From assembly GCA_964552045.1 (NCBI GenBank), contig CAZKFF010000001.1:64120-128119 (forward strand): a stretch of 64,000 bases of DNA. The letters are read 5' to 3'. The notes under the pieces were generated by a model. The model had not been told where the DNA came from and ran no database searches. It saw only the letters and a program-made list of their open reading frames with translations. A program made the position numbers and the translations under genes. Numbering within the stretch: the stretch's first letter is position 1; each line of letters begins with the position of its first letter. Shown here piece after piece: positions 37,329-47,173 of this stretch. This DNA is from an uncultured Candidatus Saccharibacteria bacterium (GTDB lineage: Bacteria > Patescibacteriota > Minisyncoccia > Phycocordibacterales > UBA918).

Positions 37329-38693
37329 CTATCCGGCGTCAAGTGTGCGGATATCTCCTTCGAGCCGTGCCTTTCGTTCCATCACCTGATCCCCGTAAAA
37401 CTGGTTCTCCGACCGTGACGCGCCTCCCCACCCTGCATAGTAGCGCAGCGCCGCAAGCCGATCGCTTGCATAGCTGCCGGTTGCGCCATTGTCCCGCAAG
37501 AGAAGCGCCGCTGCCATAAAGGCATCCTGCTTATTGAACGGATTGGAGGCGGTGGAGCCTCCTGTAAGACTGCGGATGGCATCCTGCGCTTTTGAGTACA
37601 CATATCCCCCGCTGCCATTGCTGACAATACCTCCATAGATCGCCCAAGTAGACGGAATGAACTGCAGCGGACCCATCGCGCCTCCCCAGCCGATACGCGA
37701 GCCGTCTGCACGCATAAGCGGGCAGGAAACGTTCTGTGTGGATGCTTCAAAACCGAGTACATCTGCAATTGCCAGGAAAATAGGTGCATCACGTTCAGGA
37801 TGCATGACCGATTTGCCCTGGCGGATATCTCCCACCTGGCACGAGCCAGTGTTGCTGCCGTAATTCGACTCTTGCTCGACAACCGCGAGAATGAGTGCCG
37901 GACTGACACCCGTTTGAGTCCCCGCGTATTGCGCGAGCGCTACTGCCTCAGGGAATGGGATCGCGCCGCTTCCTCCGAGCAGCTGGAAGAGCTGATTGCG
38001 CAGCTGTGCGGCAGTTTTCTGTTGTGAAGCAAGCAGTTCCTGATATGCCTTTTCTTCTCCTTTGGTCACTTGAAGAATCTGTTCTTTCTGTCCTTCTTTC
38101 GCCTCGATCTGCTTTTTTTCAAGTTCCTGCAACTGCTTCATGCGTGCTTCAGCAGTCTGCTTCTCCTCAAGCGACATCTTCTGCGTCTCCGTATCGGTTT
38201 TTATTTCGGTGAGCGCCTGGAGCGAATCGTTGAGTGAATGCTTCACCGCATGGAAGCTCTCAACATCAGTGAAAAAATCCGAAAAGCTCTGGTTGCTGAG
38301 CAGCACCTCCACCAGTGAGTAATCATCGACTGCTTCGGTCTGGCGTATAAGTTCGGCAAGAGACGTGCGCTGCTTCTCCAGGCGTTCATTGAGAATGCTG
38401 ATCAGCTCTTCCTTGTCGCCGATCTGGTCAGTGAGCGACGATATAGCAAGCGCTCGCGCCTGAATGCCGAGCTGCGCTTTCTCTATCTCGGCATCAAGGA
38501 TACCGAGGTCGCGCTCCAGTGACTGCCGCTCCTGCTTTTTGCCTTCAACAAGCTGCTGCTGCACGATCATCTGCTTCTCCACCTGCTGCAGCTGCGCTTC
38601 GATGCGTGCACGCTTTTCTGCATCCGTCTCCGCCAGAGTCACCTGCGGCAGCAAATAAGCAGCGCACAGAAAAATAGCAACGTATCTTCGCAT
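37329..38693 (-). CDS. secreted coiled-coil protein with C-terminal lytic-transglycosylase (SLT-like) domain
   Basis: Signal peptide [21 protein letters not shown]. About 250 aa of heptad-like Q/E/K/L-rich coiled coil. C-terminal block [15 protein letters not shown] resembles the SLT catalytic-Glu motif. Confidence 0.65.
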   Translation of the reverse strand: MRRYVAIFLCAAYLLPQVTLAETDAEKRARIEAQLQQVEKQMIVQQQLVEGKKQERQSLERDLGILDAEIEKAQLGIQARALAISSLTDQIGDKEELISILNERLEKQRTSLAELIRQTEAVDDYSLVEVLLSNQSFSDFFTDVESFHAVKHSLNDSLQALTEIKTDTETQKMSLEEKQTAEARMKQLQELEKKQIEAKEGQKEQILQVTKGEEKAYQELLASQQKTAAQLRNQLFQLLGGSGAIPFPEAVALAQYAGTQTGVSPALILAVVEQESNYGSNTGSCQVGDIRQGKSVMHPERDAPIFLAIADVLGFEASTQNVSCPLMRADGSRIGWGGAMGPLQFIPSTWAIYGGIVSNGSGGYVYSKAQDAIRSLTGGSTASNPFNKQDAFMAAALLLRDNGATGSYASDRLAALRYYAGWGGASRSENQFYGDQVMERKARLEGDIRTLDAG

Positions 38694-38765
38694 GATACCT
38701 GTAGTATAGCATCTGCAGACAAGAAAACACCCGCGCATGCGGGTGTTTTCTTGTGGGATGCTCAT

Positions 38766-39395
38766 TTATTCTTTTGCTTCCGTCTCCTCGGACTTTCCTT
38801 TCGCCTCGACTTCCACAGCGTCCATATCAACCGGTACTGCTTCTGGCTCCGGCTCCTCCTCCACCTCCTGAACGAGTGCGACAACCTCTTCGCCGTCATG
38901 CTCTACTTTGATGCCATTCGGCACAACGAGGTTCTTCACATGGATCTGCTTCTCAAATGTATCAAGTCCGCTGATATCAACTTCGATATGCTGCGGCAAT
39001 GCGCTTGGCTTGCAGGTGATCTCTATCTCGTGAAGTACTTTTGTGAGCGAGCCTCCGGTTTTTGTAGCCGGCGCTTCGCCGACGAACTCAAGCGGCACGT
39101 GCACAGTGATCTCCTTGCCTTTCTCAATAGCATAGAAGTCCACATGTTCGACTCCTCCCTTCGCCGGGTTGAACGACACGTCATGCACCAACACCTCAAT
39201 GTCTTCACCGAGACCCACGAGATTGATGATCGTCGATTCCCCTGCTTCTTTGAGCATCTTCTCAAACACACCCTTATCAACCGCAATCGAAAGCGGCTCC
39301 TGCTTTGGACCATACACTACCGCCGGAATATTGCCGGCATTGCGCACCGCCTCAGCCCGAGTAGTCCTTTGCGTAACCTCTAATTTTACTGTCAT
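38766..39395 (-). CDS. rplY: 50S ribosomal protein L25 / general stress protein Ctc
   Basis: MTVKLEVTQRTTRAEAVRNAGNIPAVVYG is an L25 N-terminus. Acidic C-terminal extension. Confidence 0.85.
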   Translation of the reverse strand: MTVKLEVTQRTTRAEAVRNAGNIPAVVYGPKQEPLSIAVDKGVFEKMLKEAGESTIINLVGLGEDIEVLVHDVSFNPAKGGVEHVDFYAIEKGKEITVHVPLEFVGEAPATKTGGSLTKVLHEIEITCKPSALPQHIEVDISGLDTFEKQIHVKNLVVPNGIKVEHDGEEVVALVQEVEEEPEPEAVPVDMDAVEVEAKGKSEETEAKE

Positions 39396-39465
39396 AGTGC
39401 GAATACCATATCACAATTTGGGGAAAGCTCAATGCTCGTTTAGCCCCTGCTGCTATACTGTCTGT

Positions 39466-40473
39466 ATGTCTTTAGCATATGATTTTGTAGCGATCGGAGA
39501 CCTGGTCATTGATGCATTTATTGAGCTTTCCAAGGATGAAGCCGACGTATCCATCGACCTCGATACCGGCAGGAAGACCCTCCTGATGAAATTCGGGGAG
39601 AAGATACCGTATGAGAACGTGACGGTAGTGAACGCCGTCGGAAATTCCTCGAACGCCTCGGTCTCAGCACGGCGACTCGGACTGCAATCCGCCCTTATTT
39701 CAAGCGTGGGGCATGACCGGTACGGCAATGACTGCCTGCAAACGCTCCGCGAAGAAGGCGTCCATACCGATTACGTGAAGGTCCATGAGGGCAAATCCAC
39801 CAATTATCACTACGTTCTCCGTTATGGGCCTGAACGGACGATCCTTATAAAGCACGAGAAATTTCCCTACCTGCTGCCCAATTTCGAAAAGCCGCCGCGG
39901 TACATTTATTTCTCTTCCATCGGCGAGCACGGACTGCCTCACCATTTTGAGATAGCGAAGTTTGTGCGCGAACACCCGGAATCAAAGCTCGTATTCCAAC
40001 CGGGCACGTTCCAGATCAAGCTCGGAGCTGAAAAGCTGCAGGAAGTGTACGAGCAGACCGAGATATTCTTCTGCAACAAGGAAGAGGCGCAGACCATACT
40101 GAAGACAACACAGCAGCACATTCCCACGCTGCTGCGTGACTTCAAGAAACTCGGGCCGAAGCTTCCGGTCATCACCGACGGTCCCGGTGGTGCGTATGTG
40201 GTTGATGAAAATGACCAGGCGTGGCATATGCCTATGTACCCCGATCCTGCGGATCCGGTTGACCGAACTGGCGCAGGCGACGCATTCTCCTCAACCTTCA
40301 CTGCCGCAATAGCACTCGGGTTATCGCCAAAGGAGGCGCTCGCATGGGGACCGATCAATTCCATGTCGGTGGTCCAATACATTGGCGCACGAAAAGGGCT
40401 TCTGACAAAAGACCAGCTGTTGCAGTACCTGCAAAATGCGCCTGCGACATACACAGCCAAAGAGATTGACTAG
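39466..40473 (+). CDS. PfkB-family carbohydrate/nucleoside kinase (ribokinase-like)
   Basis: C-terminal anion-hole motif DRTGAGDAFSSTF. N-terminal GG-like region. ATG at 39466; the ORF track begins at 39169 without a start. Confidence 0.75.
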   Translation: MSLAYDFVAIGDLVIDAFIELSKDEADVSIDLDTGRKTLLMKFGEKIPYENVTVVNAVGNSSNASVSARRLGLQSALISSVGHDRYGNDCLQTLREEGVHTDYVKVHEGKSTNYHYVLRYGPERTILIKHEKFPYLLPNFEKPPRYIYFSSIGEHGLPHHFEIAKFVREHPESKLVFQPGTFQIKLGAEKLQEVYEQTEIFFCNKEEAQTILKTTQQHIPTLLRDFKKLGPKLPVITDGPGGAYVVDENDQAWHMPMYPDPADPVDRTGAGDAFSSTFTAAIALGLSPKEALAWGPINSMSVVQYIGARKGLLTKDQLLQYLQNAPATYTAKEID

Positions 40474-40487
40474 ACTGCATACATAAA

Positions 40488-40522
40488 GGAAAAGGCCGAA
40501 AGCTTCGCTTTCGGCCTTTTCC
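40488..40522. terminator. bidirectional terminator hairpin
   Basis: aaaaggccgaaagc-ttc-gctttcggcctttt is a perfect palindrome between convergent genes. Confidence 0.6.
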
Positions 40523-40524
40523 TT

Positions 40525-41514
40525 TTAGCGCTCTACGGCGGCCCTAACCGCTGCAATAATGGAATCTGTATCCATGCCGTAATGAGCAATGAGTTCTTCC
40601 GGATCGCCTGATTGCCCGAACTGATCCTCAACACCGACCCTGATGATCCGCTTGGGGGCATGCGCACTGTAGTACTCCGCAATAGCCCCGCCCAATCCTC
40701 CGGCAACCTGATGCTCTTCGACAGTCACAATAAGATCATGAGCTTCCCCGAATTGGTCGAGCGCCGCCGTATCGAGCGGTTTGACCGTCGGCATGTGGAG
40801 CAGAGAGGCGCCGATTCCCTCCTCATTGAGTCGCTGCGCGGCAGACAATGCATTGTGCGCCAAAATCCCTGTGCTGATTATCCCGACTGTTTTTTCGTGA
40901 GCAGGGTTCTTATGGAAAAAAGTGTATGCTTTGCCGATCTCAAAGGGCGAGGACTCAGTTGTCACCACAGGAGATTTATCCCGGGCGATGCGAATATACA
41001 CCGGCCCGTCGTACTCCGCAGCGGCAAGCACCGCCTTCTGTGCCTCATGCACATCGCACGGGGCTATGACCACCATGTTCGGCATTACACGCATGAGTGC
41101 GATGTCCTCTATCGCCTGATGTGTTGCTCCGTCCGGTCCCACAGAGACGCCGGCATGAGCGCCGATGATCTTCACATTGCGGTTGTTGTAAGCAATGGTC
41201 GTTCGCACCTGTTCCCAGCTTCGTCCGGGAGAGAACATCGCATATGAAGCGATAAACGGTATCTTCCCGCAGGCAGCCATGCCCGAAGCTACCGAAGCCA
41301 TGTTCTGCTCGGCGACACCCACCTGCACAAACCGCTCAGGGAACGCCTCTGCAAACAGATTGGTGCGCGTCGATTCTGTGAGATCAGCGCATAAGGCGAC
41401 AACGCGCGCATCCTTTTCTGCCGCCTCTTTCAGACCTGTGCCGTATCCGTCCCGGTTCGGTATTTTTTCTACCTGATCGGTGCATATTCTTTTGTCGAGA
41501 TGATCTGCAAACAT
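40525..41514 (-). CDS. transketolase, C-terminal subunit (split transketolase)
   Basis: Pyrimidine-binding and C-terminal domains. Directly follows the N-terminal subunit gene with a 2-nt gap. Confidence 0.85.
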   Translation of the reverse strand: MFADHLDKRICTDQVEKIPNRDGYGTGLKEAAEKDARVVALCADLTESTRTNLFAEAFPERFVQVGVAEQNMASVASGMAACGKIPFIASYAMFSPGRSWEQVRTTIAYNNRNVKIIGAHAGVSVGPDGATHQAIEDIALMRVMPNMVVIAPCDVHEAQKAVLAAAEYDGPVYIRIARDKSPVVTTESSPFEIGKAYTFFHKNPAHEKTVGIISTGILAHNALSAAQRLNEEGIGASLLHMPTVKPLDTAALDQFGEAHDLIVTVEEHQVAGGLGGAIAEYYSAHAPKRIIRVGVEDQFGQSGDPEELIAHYGMDTDSIIAAVRAAVER

Positions 41515-41516
41515 AC

Positions 41517-42410
41517 TTATGAGTCTGATGGGATTATGGTCCCTCCGAGCGTGCGCAGCCGCTGGAGCGCTATTTTCGCCTGCTCACTTCGCGGCACCCG
41601 GTCTTCCGGTCCCTTGCCCGGAGGATTACCGTGCCATTTGAAGTCGCGCTCGAACACATCCACGCCTTTTGAAGGGATGGTGTTGGCGATGATAACCGAT
41701 GGCTGGGAATAGATCGCCTGTGCTTTTCCGATGGCGTCATTGACCGCACGGATATTGTGTCCGTCCACTTCCTGCACATCGAAATTGAATGATTCAAATT
41801 TTTCCCGCAGCGGCTCGAGCGGCATTACGTCCTTGGTAAAACCGTCTATCTGAATGCCGTTGCGGTCGATGATGACCACGAGATTATGAAGCCCCTCCTT
41901 CCCCGCAAGCATAGCCGCTTCCCATATCTGCCCTTCGTTGAGTTCGCCGTCCCCGCAGATGCAATAGATGAACCGGGAGGTATACGGATTGTCCATGCGC
42001 TGCGCAATGGCCATGCCCACCGCCTGCGAGAGGCCCGAGCCTAAAGGTCCGGAACTCGTTTCGAGGCCCGGAAGCGACTCCCGATGCGGATGCCCCTGCA
42101 GACGCGAACCGAATTTGCGCAGTGTCAGCAGCTCCTCAATGGGAAAATAGCCCGCGTGCGCCATGGTCGCATACAGTACCGGACAGATGTGTCCTGCTGA
42201 AAGTACGAGACGGTCGCGGTCCTCCCAGTCCGGGTTCTTTGGGTCATGCTGCATGACGCTGAAATACAAAAGCGTGAAGATATCTGCCATATCAAGCGGA
42301 CCGGCAGTATGGCCGCTGCCGGCCGCAACCAGCATTTCTATTACGCTCTGACGTATCTCGTTCGCTTTCAATTCGAGCGCTTCTATCTCGGAAGTGGAAA
42401 GATAATGCAT
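41517..42410 (-). CDS. transketolase, N-terminal (TPP-binding) subunit
   Basis: GHTAGPLDMADIFTLLYF and GDGELNEGQIWEAAMLAG are the TPP-binding motifs of the transketolase N-terminal section. Confidence 0.85.
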   Translation of the reverse strand: MHYLSTSEIEALELKANEIRQSVIEMLVAAGSGHTAGPLDMADIFTLLYFSVMQHDPKNPDWEDRDRLVLSAGHICPVLYATMAHAGYFPIEELLTLRKFGSRLQGHPHRESLPGLETSSGPLGSGLSQAVGMAIAQRMDNPYTSRFIYCICGDGELNEGQIWEAAMLAGKEGLHNLVVIIDRNGIQIDGFTKDVMPLEPLREKFESFNFDVQEVDGHNIRAVNDAIGKAQAIYSQPSVIIANTIPSKGVDVFERDFKWHGNPPGKGPEDRVPRSEQAKIALQRLRTLGGTIIPSDS

Positions 42411-42430
42411 AACTACCCTTTAGTATATCC

Positions 42431-43576
42431 TTAGGAGAGACCAATGAGGCGTGCGAGCTGTTTATAGGCGGCGGCAGGATCCTTTGCGCGTGCGATCGCT
42501 GAACCGGGAGCAAAACGATTTACTCCCGCGTCGCGCAGACGCACGATAGTGTCCGCATTGACCGCGCCGTCGACTGCGATCTCCAGAGAAGGATGCGCTG
42601 TACGGAGCGCGGACACAGTCGCAATAGTCCGTTCGTCGAACGGCTCCCCTTGGACGCCGACATGCGCAATACCCATCACCTGCACAAAGTCTATCTCCGG
42701 GATATATGGCTCAAGCTCCGCATGCGGAATGTCATTGGTGACCGCAATACCGATTGAGTACCGATGCTCGCGCGCATGCGCGATGCATGCGGTGTATTCC
42801 TCTGTGCTGCCGAAGTGTATGACCACGCGCTTGACTCCCATGGATGCGCACAGGTCTAAAAAACGTTCGGGGTGCACGCACATACAGTCGATCTCAAGAT
42901 CAAATTGTTTTGTATAGCGCTGCAGCTTACCCAATTCTGCCTCGGCATTGGTCACCAGAAATGGCCACGAAGTGTGCGGCACGAATACTCCATCGACGAT
43001 ATCTATCTGGACCGCGTCTGCCGTTCCCGCAAGGGCATCAAGCAGTGTGGTAATTTCCTCAAAGGATGAGGCAGGAAGCGACGGCGCAAGAGCCAGGGAT
43101 GTATTCGGCGCGTGCACGCTGCTCAGCGTCTCGAGTTCCTCTATGCGGCGGTCATATTTCTCTTTTGGCTCATGCGCAGAAGCGAGCCAGAGCGCCACCG
43201 CCTTCTTGGCGGTCTGCTGGTCGAGGAATCGTGCGCCGAGCGACAGCACATTTGCGTCATTGTGCTGCCGTGAAAGCTTCACGATCTCATCACTTCCGCC
43301 GTAATAGACCGCAGCGCGGACGTCATGGAACCGGTTGGCCATCATGGCCTCCCCCTGCCCTGAGCCGCCGAGAATGATCGCCTTGGTCTGAAGCGGCCGC
43401 GCACTTACTTCCCTCGCAGCTTTCGCTATAAAGTCAGTGAAGTCATCCTCCGCATCGTACGCGTATGCGCCGCAGTCAACAACCTCATACCCGAGCTCAT
43501 CTCTGACATAGTCGATGAGCTTGTCTTTGAGTTCGAATCCGGCATGGTCAGAAGCAAAATAAATTGTATCCTCCAT
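42431..43576 (-). CDS. fusion protein: ribose-5-phosphate isomerase B (N-terminal) + ribulose-phosphate 3-epimerase (C-terminal)
   Basis: N-terminus IYFASDHAGFELKDKLIDYVRDELGYEVVDCG...ILGGSGQGEAMMANR is RpiB/LacAB-like. C-terminus IDIVDGVFVPHTSWP...VMGIAHVGVQGEPF is an Rpe TIM barrel. Confidence 0.75.
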   Translation of the reverse strand: MEDTIYFASDHAGFELKDKLIDYVRDELGYEVVDCGAYAYDAEDDFTDFIAKAAREVSARPLQTKAIILGGSGQGEAMMANRFHDVRAAVYYGGSDEIVKLSRQHNDANVLSLGARFLDQQTAKKAVALWLASAHEPKEKYDRRIEELETLSSVHAPNTSLALAPSLPASSFEEITTLLDALAGTADAVQIDIVDGVFVPHTSWPFLVTNAEAELGKLQRYTKQFDLEIDCMCVHPERFLDLCASMGVKRVVIHFGSTEEYTACIAHAREHRYSIGIAVTNDIPHAELEPYIPEIDFVQVMGIAHVGVQGEPFDERTIATVSALRTAHPSLEIAVDGAVNADTIVRLRDAGVNRFAPGSAIARAKDPAAAYKQLARLIGLS

Positions 43577-43585
43577 AGAAAAAGA

Positions 43586-44626
43586 TCACATGCCCGTTTT
43601 TGCATTGAAGAATCGTGAGACTGCAGCCACGTGAGTGACAAGCGTGTGGGTATAGCTTGACTCGTTGTCGTACCACGCAAGTACCTTCACGAGGTTGCCG
43701 TCAACCACGCGGGTCATGGCCAGGTCAGCAATAGCGCCATATCGTGCGCCGATGATATCGGAAGACACGAGCGGCTCGTCCGTCACCGCAAAAAGATCCT
43801 TCCAGTTATCGGTTACAGCGGCTTTTTTGAGCGCTTCATTGACCTCTTCAACACTGGTATTGCGGGACGCGATGAAGGTGACGTCCACGATCGAACCGAC
43901 CGCCACTGGAACGCGGATGGCAATGCCATCAAACTTATTGGACAGGTCCGTGTGCGCAAGCGTTGTTGCTTTTGCAGCGCCGGTAGATGTCGGCACGATA
44001 TTCATAGCAGCTGCCCGTCCTGCCCGGAGATCCTTCTTGTTCGGACCGTCAACAAGCGACTGGGACGCGGTATAAGCATGGGTGGTGTTGAGTATTGCCT
44101 TTTCAATACCGATCGCTTCCTTGAGGATTGCGATAAGCGGGCTGGTTGCATTGGTGGTGCAGGAGGCATTGGAGCTTATGGTGCAGGTTGCGAGCATGGC
44201 GTCATTGACGCCCATGAGCACAGTAGCCCCGGTTACGCCCGCAGCAGACGGGTCGTCCTTTACCGGGCCAGAGATCACCACGCGCTTCGCGCCGGCATCG
44301 AGATGGGCCTTGGAGCCTTCATAGCTGGTGAAAAATCCGGTTGATTCGACCACCACATCAATGCCCATATCATTCCATGGCAACGCCTTCGGATCTTTTT
44401 CCTGCAGGAAGGTGATCTTCTTGCCGTCGATCAAAAGCGCTCCTTCCTTTACTTCAATATTCATCTGCGCATGGCCGTAGACGGTATCGTACTTCAAAAG
44501 ATATGCCAGGCTTTCGAGCGAGCCGAGATCATTGATGGCCACTATCTCAAAATCGGGATGACCGAACGCCATTCTGAAGAACGTGCGGCCGATGCGACCA
44601 AAACCGTTGATTGCTACTTTCGCCAT
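43586..44626 (-). CDS. gap: glyceraldehyde-3-phosphate dehydrogenase
   Basis: MAKVAINGFGRIGR Rossmann start. Active-site block ASCTTNATSPLIAIL. Confidence 0.9.
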   Translation of the reverse strand: MAKVAINGFGRIGRTFFRMAFGHPDFEIVAINDLGSLESLAYLLKYDTVYGHAQMNIEVKEGALLIDGKKITFLQEKDPKALPWNDMGIDVVVESTGFFTSYEGSKAHLDAGAKRVVISGPVKDDPSAAGVTGATVLMGVNDAMLATCTISSNASCTTNATSPLIAILKEAIGIEKAILNTTHAYTASQSLVDGPNKKDLRAGRAAAMNIVPTSTGAAKATTLAHTDLSNKFDGIAIRVPVAVGSIVDVTFIASRNTSVEEVNEALKKAAVTDNWKDLFAVTDEPLVSSDIIGARYGAIADLAMTRVVDGNLVKVLAWYDNESSYTHTLVTHVAAVSRFFNAKTGM

Positions 44627-44706
44627 GGATCATTGAAAATTATATTGCTAACTGCATATAACTATACGCCATCATCCTTCCTTCATACAGGGGTATTATC
44701 CTCACG

Positions 44707-46407
44707 CTACTTCCGCTTTGCGAGCACTGCGAGGATGAAAACCACGCAACACAGCGCGATGCACGCCAGGAAGAACGGGTGCACGAAGAACAAGGGCAGG
44801 CCGGAGATGACCGCAGCCCCGGTAGTACTGCTCTCGATGAAGACAAAAGATGCACAGAGCAAACCGGTACAGAACAGCACGATACACAGTACTTTCAGGG
44901 CAGCAACGGCTGTGTGACGAGTCATCTTTTTACGCACGATCACATACACAAGCAATAACAGAAGCCCGAGGGCAATCGCCCAAAAGAAAGGCCCTGTAGT
45001 GTAGAAAATCCGCTCCGTACTTCCCGACAAGCCTGTGGGCGATAATGGTGCGCCTGCAAGGAAACGGTACGAGCCTTCAACCTGCTGCATCTTCTGAGTC
45101 TTGTGGTCAAACACGGTAACGACAACCGGATAGACTCCGGCTGTGCGAAGCGGTGCTATATGTGCTTCATAGTCTGTCTTGTCCTTGTTGATGCGCAGGA
45201 GGAACGAGAACGTGAGATTCTGATCCACCGGATGCGTGAACGTCACGCGGACGGTCTTCAGATGTTCCGGGAGCTTTTCATATGCTATGCGCAGAAGAAA
45301 CGGTGCATTCGCATCAAGCGTGCCGCCCTGAACCTGTGCGCCATTCTGTATGACTTCGATATCGCTAAACGACAGCGGGAATGCCGGATAATGCTCGGTG
45401 TCACCGCTGGTTGCAATGGCCTGTTGCGCTGCGGCAACCACCGCGCCTGAGGAAATGTTGCCCTGCGTGTCGTACGCAAATACCGTATAGTACTGCGCGT
45501 CATATTTTGAAAGTGCCCGGCTGTCTGAAAAGACTTCGGCATCTCCCTGATACGCGATGAACCCGTCATACGGATCATCCGGATAGAACAAGTGGCTCCG
45601 CACAATGCGCACAAAGGCGAAATCGGGATCGCTTGGGTTCTCCCATGAAAGCTCCACATCATTGCCAGACAGAGCCGCGCGCAAACCGGAGACATTCGAC
45701 GGCGGCGTTATGTCGGGTGCTTCAAGTGTTTTGAATTCTCCTGATGAAAGCGCGTGCCTGCGCCCGTCGCGGTCAAAGCCGAGCAGCTGATAAGAATAGG
45801 TCGTACCGGGCTCCAGATCGGTGATTACAGTCGAGTGGGTATGCTTGAAGAGCTCGTTTGAGACGAACCCGAGTTCATATGCTGCGGTCCTGCCCCAGCG
45901 CAGTTCAAACTGTGCATAGCCTCTTGTCTGCCATTCCACCTGTACGGTTCGGATATCCGGGATGACATCAAAATGGATCAGGTACAGATCGCTTCCACCG
46001 CCTCCATCGTCAGACACAGGCGCAGGTATGTCCAACGTAGTGGTGGAAACTGCCGCTGACGATGACGAGAAGTTTTCGGATGTATCGAAAGCGGTCACAA
46101 AATAGCTGTACAAGGTGTCCGCAGTCAGGCCGGTATCCGCATAGGTGGTCAAAGATGTGGTTGCAATCTGGATTGCATCACGGAAGACCTGGTATCCGCC
46201 AAGCACGGTATCGTCAGTTGCGGCATTCCATGAAAGGTCGATCTGCGAAGAAGCAACCGGCGTTGCGCTTAGTCCTGTCGGAGTCGTGGGCGGATTGGCG
46301 TCCCCCACTATACGCATGCGTACATTGAACTCGTCCGTCTGTGCCTGCGCTGCAAAAACGCAGACGAAGAGAAATACAGCCACATGTATGCAGAGTCTGG
46401 AGATCAT
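44707..46407 (-). CDS. surface protein with fibronectin-type-III-like domains and C-terminal membrane anchor(s)
   Basis: Signal peptide MISRLCIHVAVFLFVCVFAAQA. FN3-like PPTTPTGLSATPVASSQIDLSWNAATDD...YSYFVTAFD. C-terminal FYTTG, then TM, then RKK, then further TM segments. Start overlaps the upstream gene stop. Confidence 0.6.
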   Translation of the reverse strand: MISRLCIHVAVFLFVCVFAAQAQTDEFNVRMRIVGDANPPTTPTGLSATPVASSQIDLSWNAATDDTVLGGYQVFRDAIQIATTSLTTYADTGLTADTLYSYFVTAFDTSENFSSSSAAVSTTTLDIPAPVSDDGGGGSDLYLIHFDVIPDIRTVQVEWQTRGYAQFELRWGRTAAYELGFVSNELFKHTHSTVITDLEPGTTYSYQLLGFDRDGRRHALSSGEFKTLEAPDITPPSNVSGLRAALSGNDVELSWENPSDPDFAFVRIVRSHLFYPDDPYDGFIAYQGDAEVFSDSRALSKYDAQYYTVFAYDTQGNISSGAVVAAAQQAIATSGDTEHYPAFPLSFSDIEVIQNGAQVQGGTLDANAPFLLRIAYEKLPEHLKTVRVTFTHPVDQNLTFSFLLRINKDKTDYEAHIAPLRTAGVYPVVVTVFDHKTQKMQQVEGSYRFLAGAPLSPTGLSGSTERIFYTTGPFFWAIALGLLLLLVYVIVRKKMTRHTAVAALKVLCIVLFCTGLLCASFVFIESSTTGAAVISGLPLFFVHPFFLACIALCCVVFILAVLAKRK

Positions 46408-47165
46408 AAGGGCAGTGCGGTTACTGTTGTTGTGGCAACATACGAGCCGGGCGCCTGGATGACCGACCCCCCCACCCCAACACGGAAGCGGATCGATGTC
46501 GTCGCGCCTGTGGGATGATTGGCGCTTCCGTGAGACGCAATTATTTCAGGTGCGGTAGAAAGACCGTCCCAGCATGCAAATGGCGTTTCTCCGGAGCCGG
46601 TATTGCAGGACGACCCATTGTCCTTAAAGCGCTGCACAACGTCAGCGCCTTCGGGAGTGTAGCCCAAATGCGCGTCAGCTGCGCCAGTTTCGAACGAGAA
46701 GTCCGGATCGCCCTGCGGTGCATAATCTGCGATCGCATCGGGTCCTTTCTGCATAGCCGGACTGTCTGATGCGGCAATGGAAAGCGCATAGCCGGAAGGA
46801 CTGTCGGTGATGACCGTAACAGTGGTCGATCCGTTCGCTATGCCGCCTGACACACCCGGAATCGACGGAGAGAGCGCAATATCCGATGACGCGCTGAGCG
46901 CGATGTATACCTCCTGCATCTGCTGATATCCCGCCTTCAATGCGTAGTTCGTACTCGTGGACACACCGCTTGCAAGTTCTCCCGCAGTGGATTCCAAGAC
47001 ATAATTGGTTGAAGTGGAAAGCCCGCCACTGAAGTTGATGCTGTCGCTCTGGATCTGAAAGTTACTGCTCTCCATCACCTGCGCGCCGGCACAATGAAGG
47101 CTGGCTACGACCAAAAGTGTAGCGATACTTGCTTGAGATAATGGCGAGAATAATTCTCTCCACAT
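46404..47165 (-). CDS. secreted beta-rich protein, paralog A
   Basis: Signal peptide. Shares the blocks DNGSSCNTGSGETPFACW and ATTSIRFRV with the 48278..48964 gene. Confidence 0.55.
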   Translation of the reverse strand: MWRELFSPLSQASIATLLVVASLHCAGAQVMESSNFQIQSDSINFSGGLSTSTNYVLESTAGELASGVSTSTNYALKAGYQQMQEVYIALSASSDIALSPSIPGVSGGIANGSTTVTVITDSPSGYALSIAASDSPAMQKGPDAIADYAPQGDPDFSFETGAADAHLGYTPEGADVVQRFKDNGSSCNTGSGETPFACWDGLSTAPEIIASHGSANHPTGATTSIRFRVGVGGSVIQAPGSYVATTTVTALPL

Positions 47166-47173
47166 GGCACAGG

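Noticed and set aside
39169-39465. 5' extension of the PfkB kinase ORF as given in the ORF track (begins MNDTSCTNTS...)
   Set aside because: The extension overlaps the rplY gene on the opposite strand and has no start codon context. The kinase homology begins at MSLAYDFVAIGD (ATG 39466).
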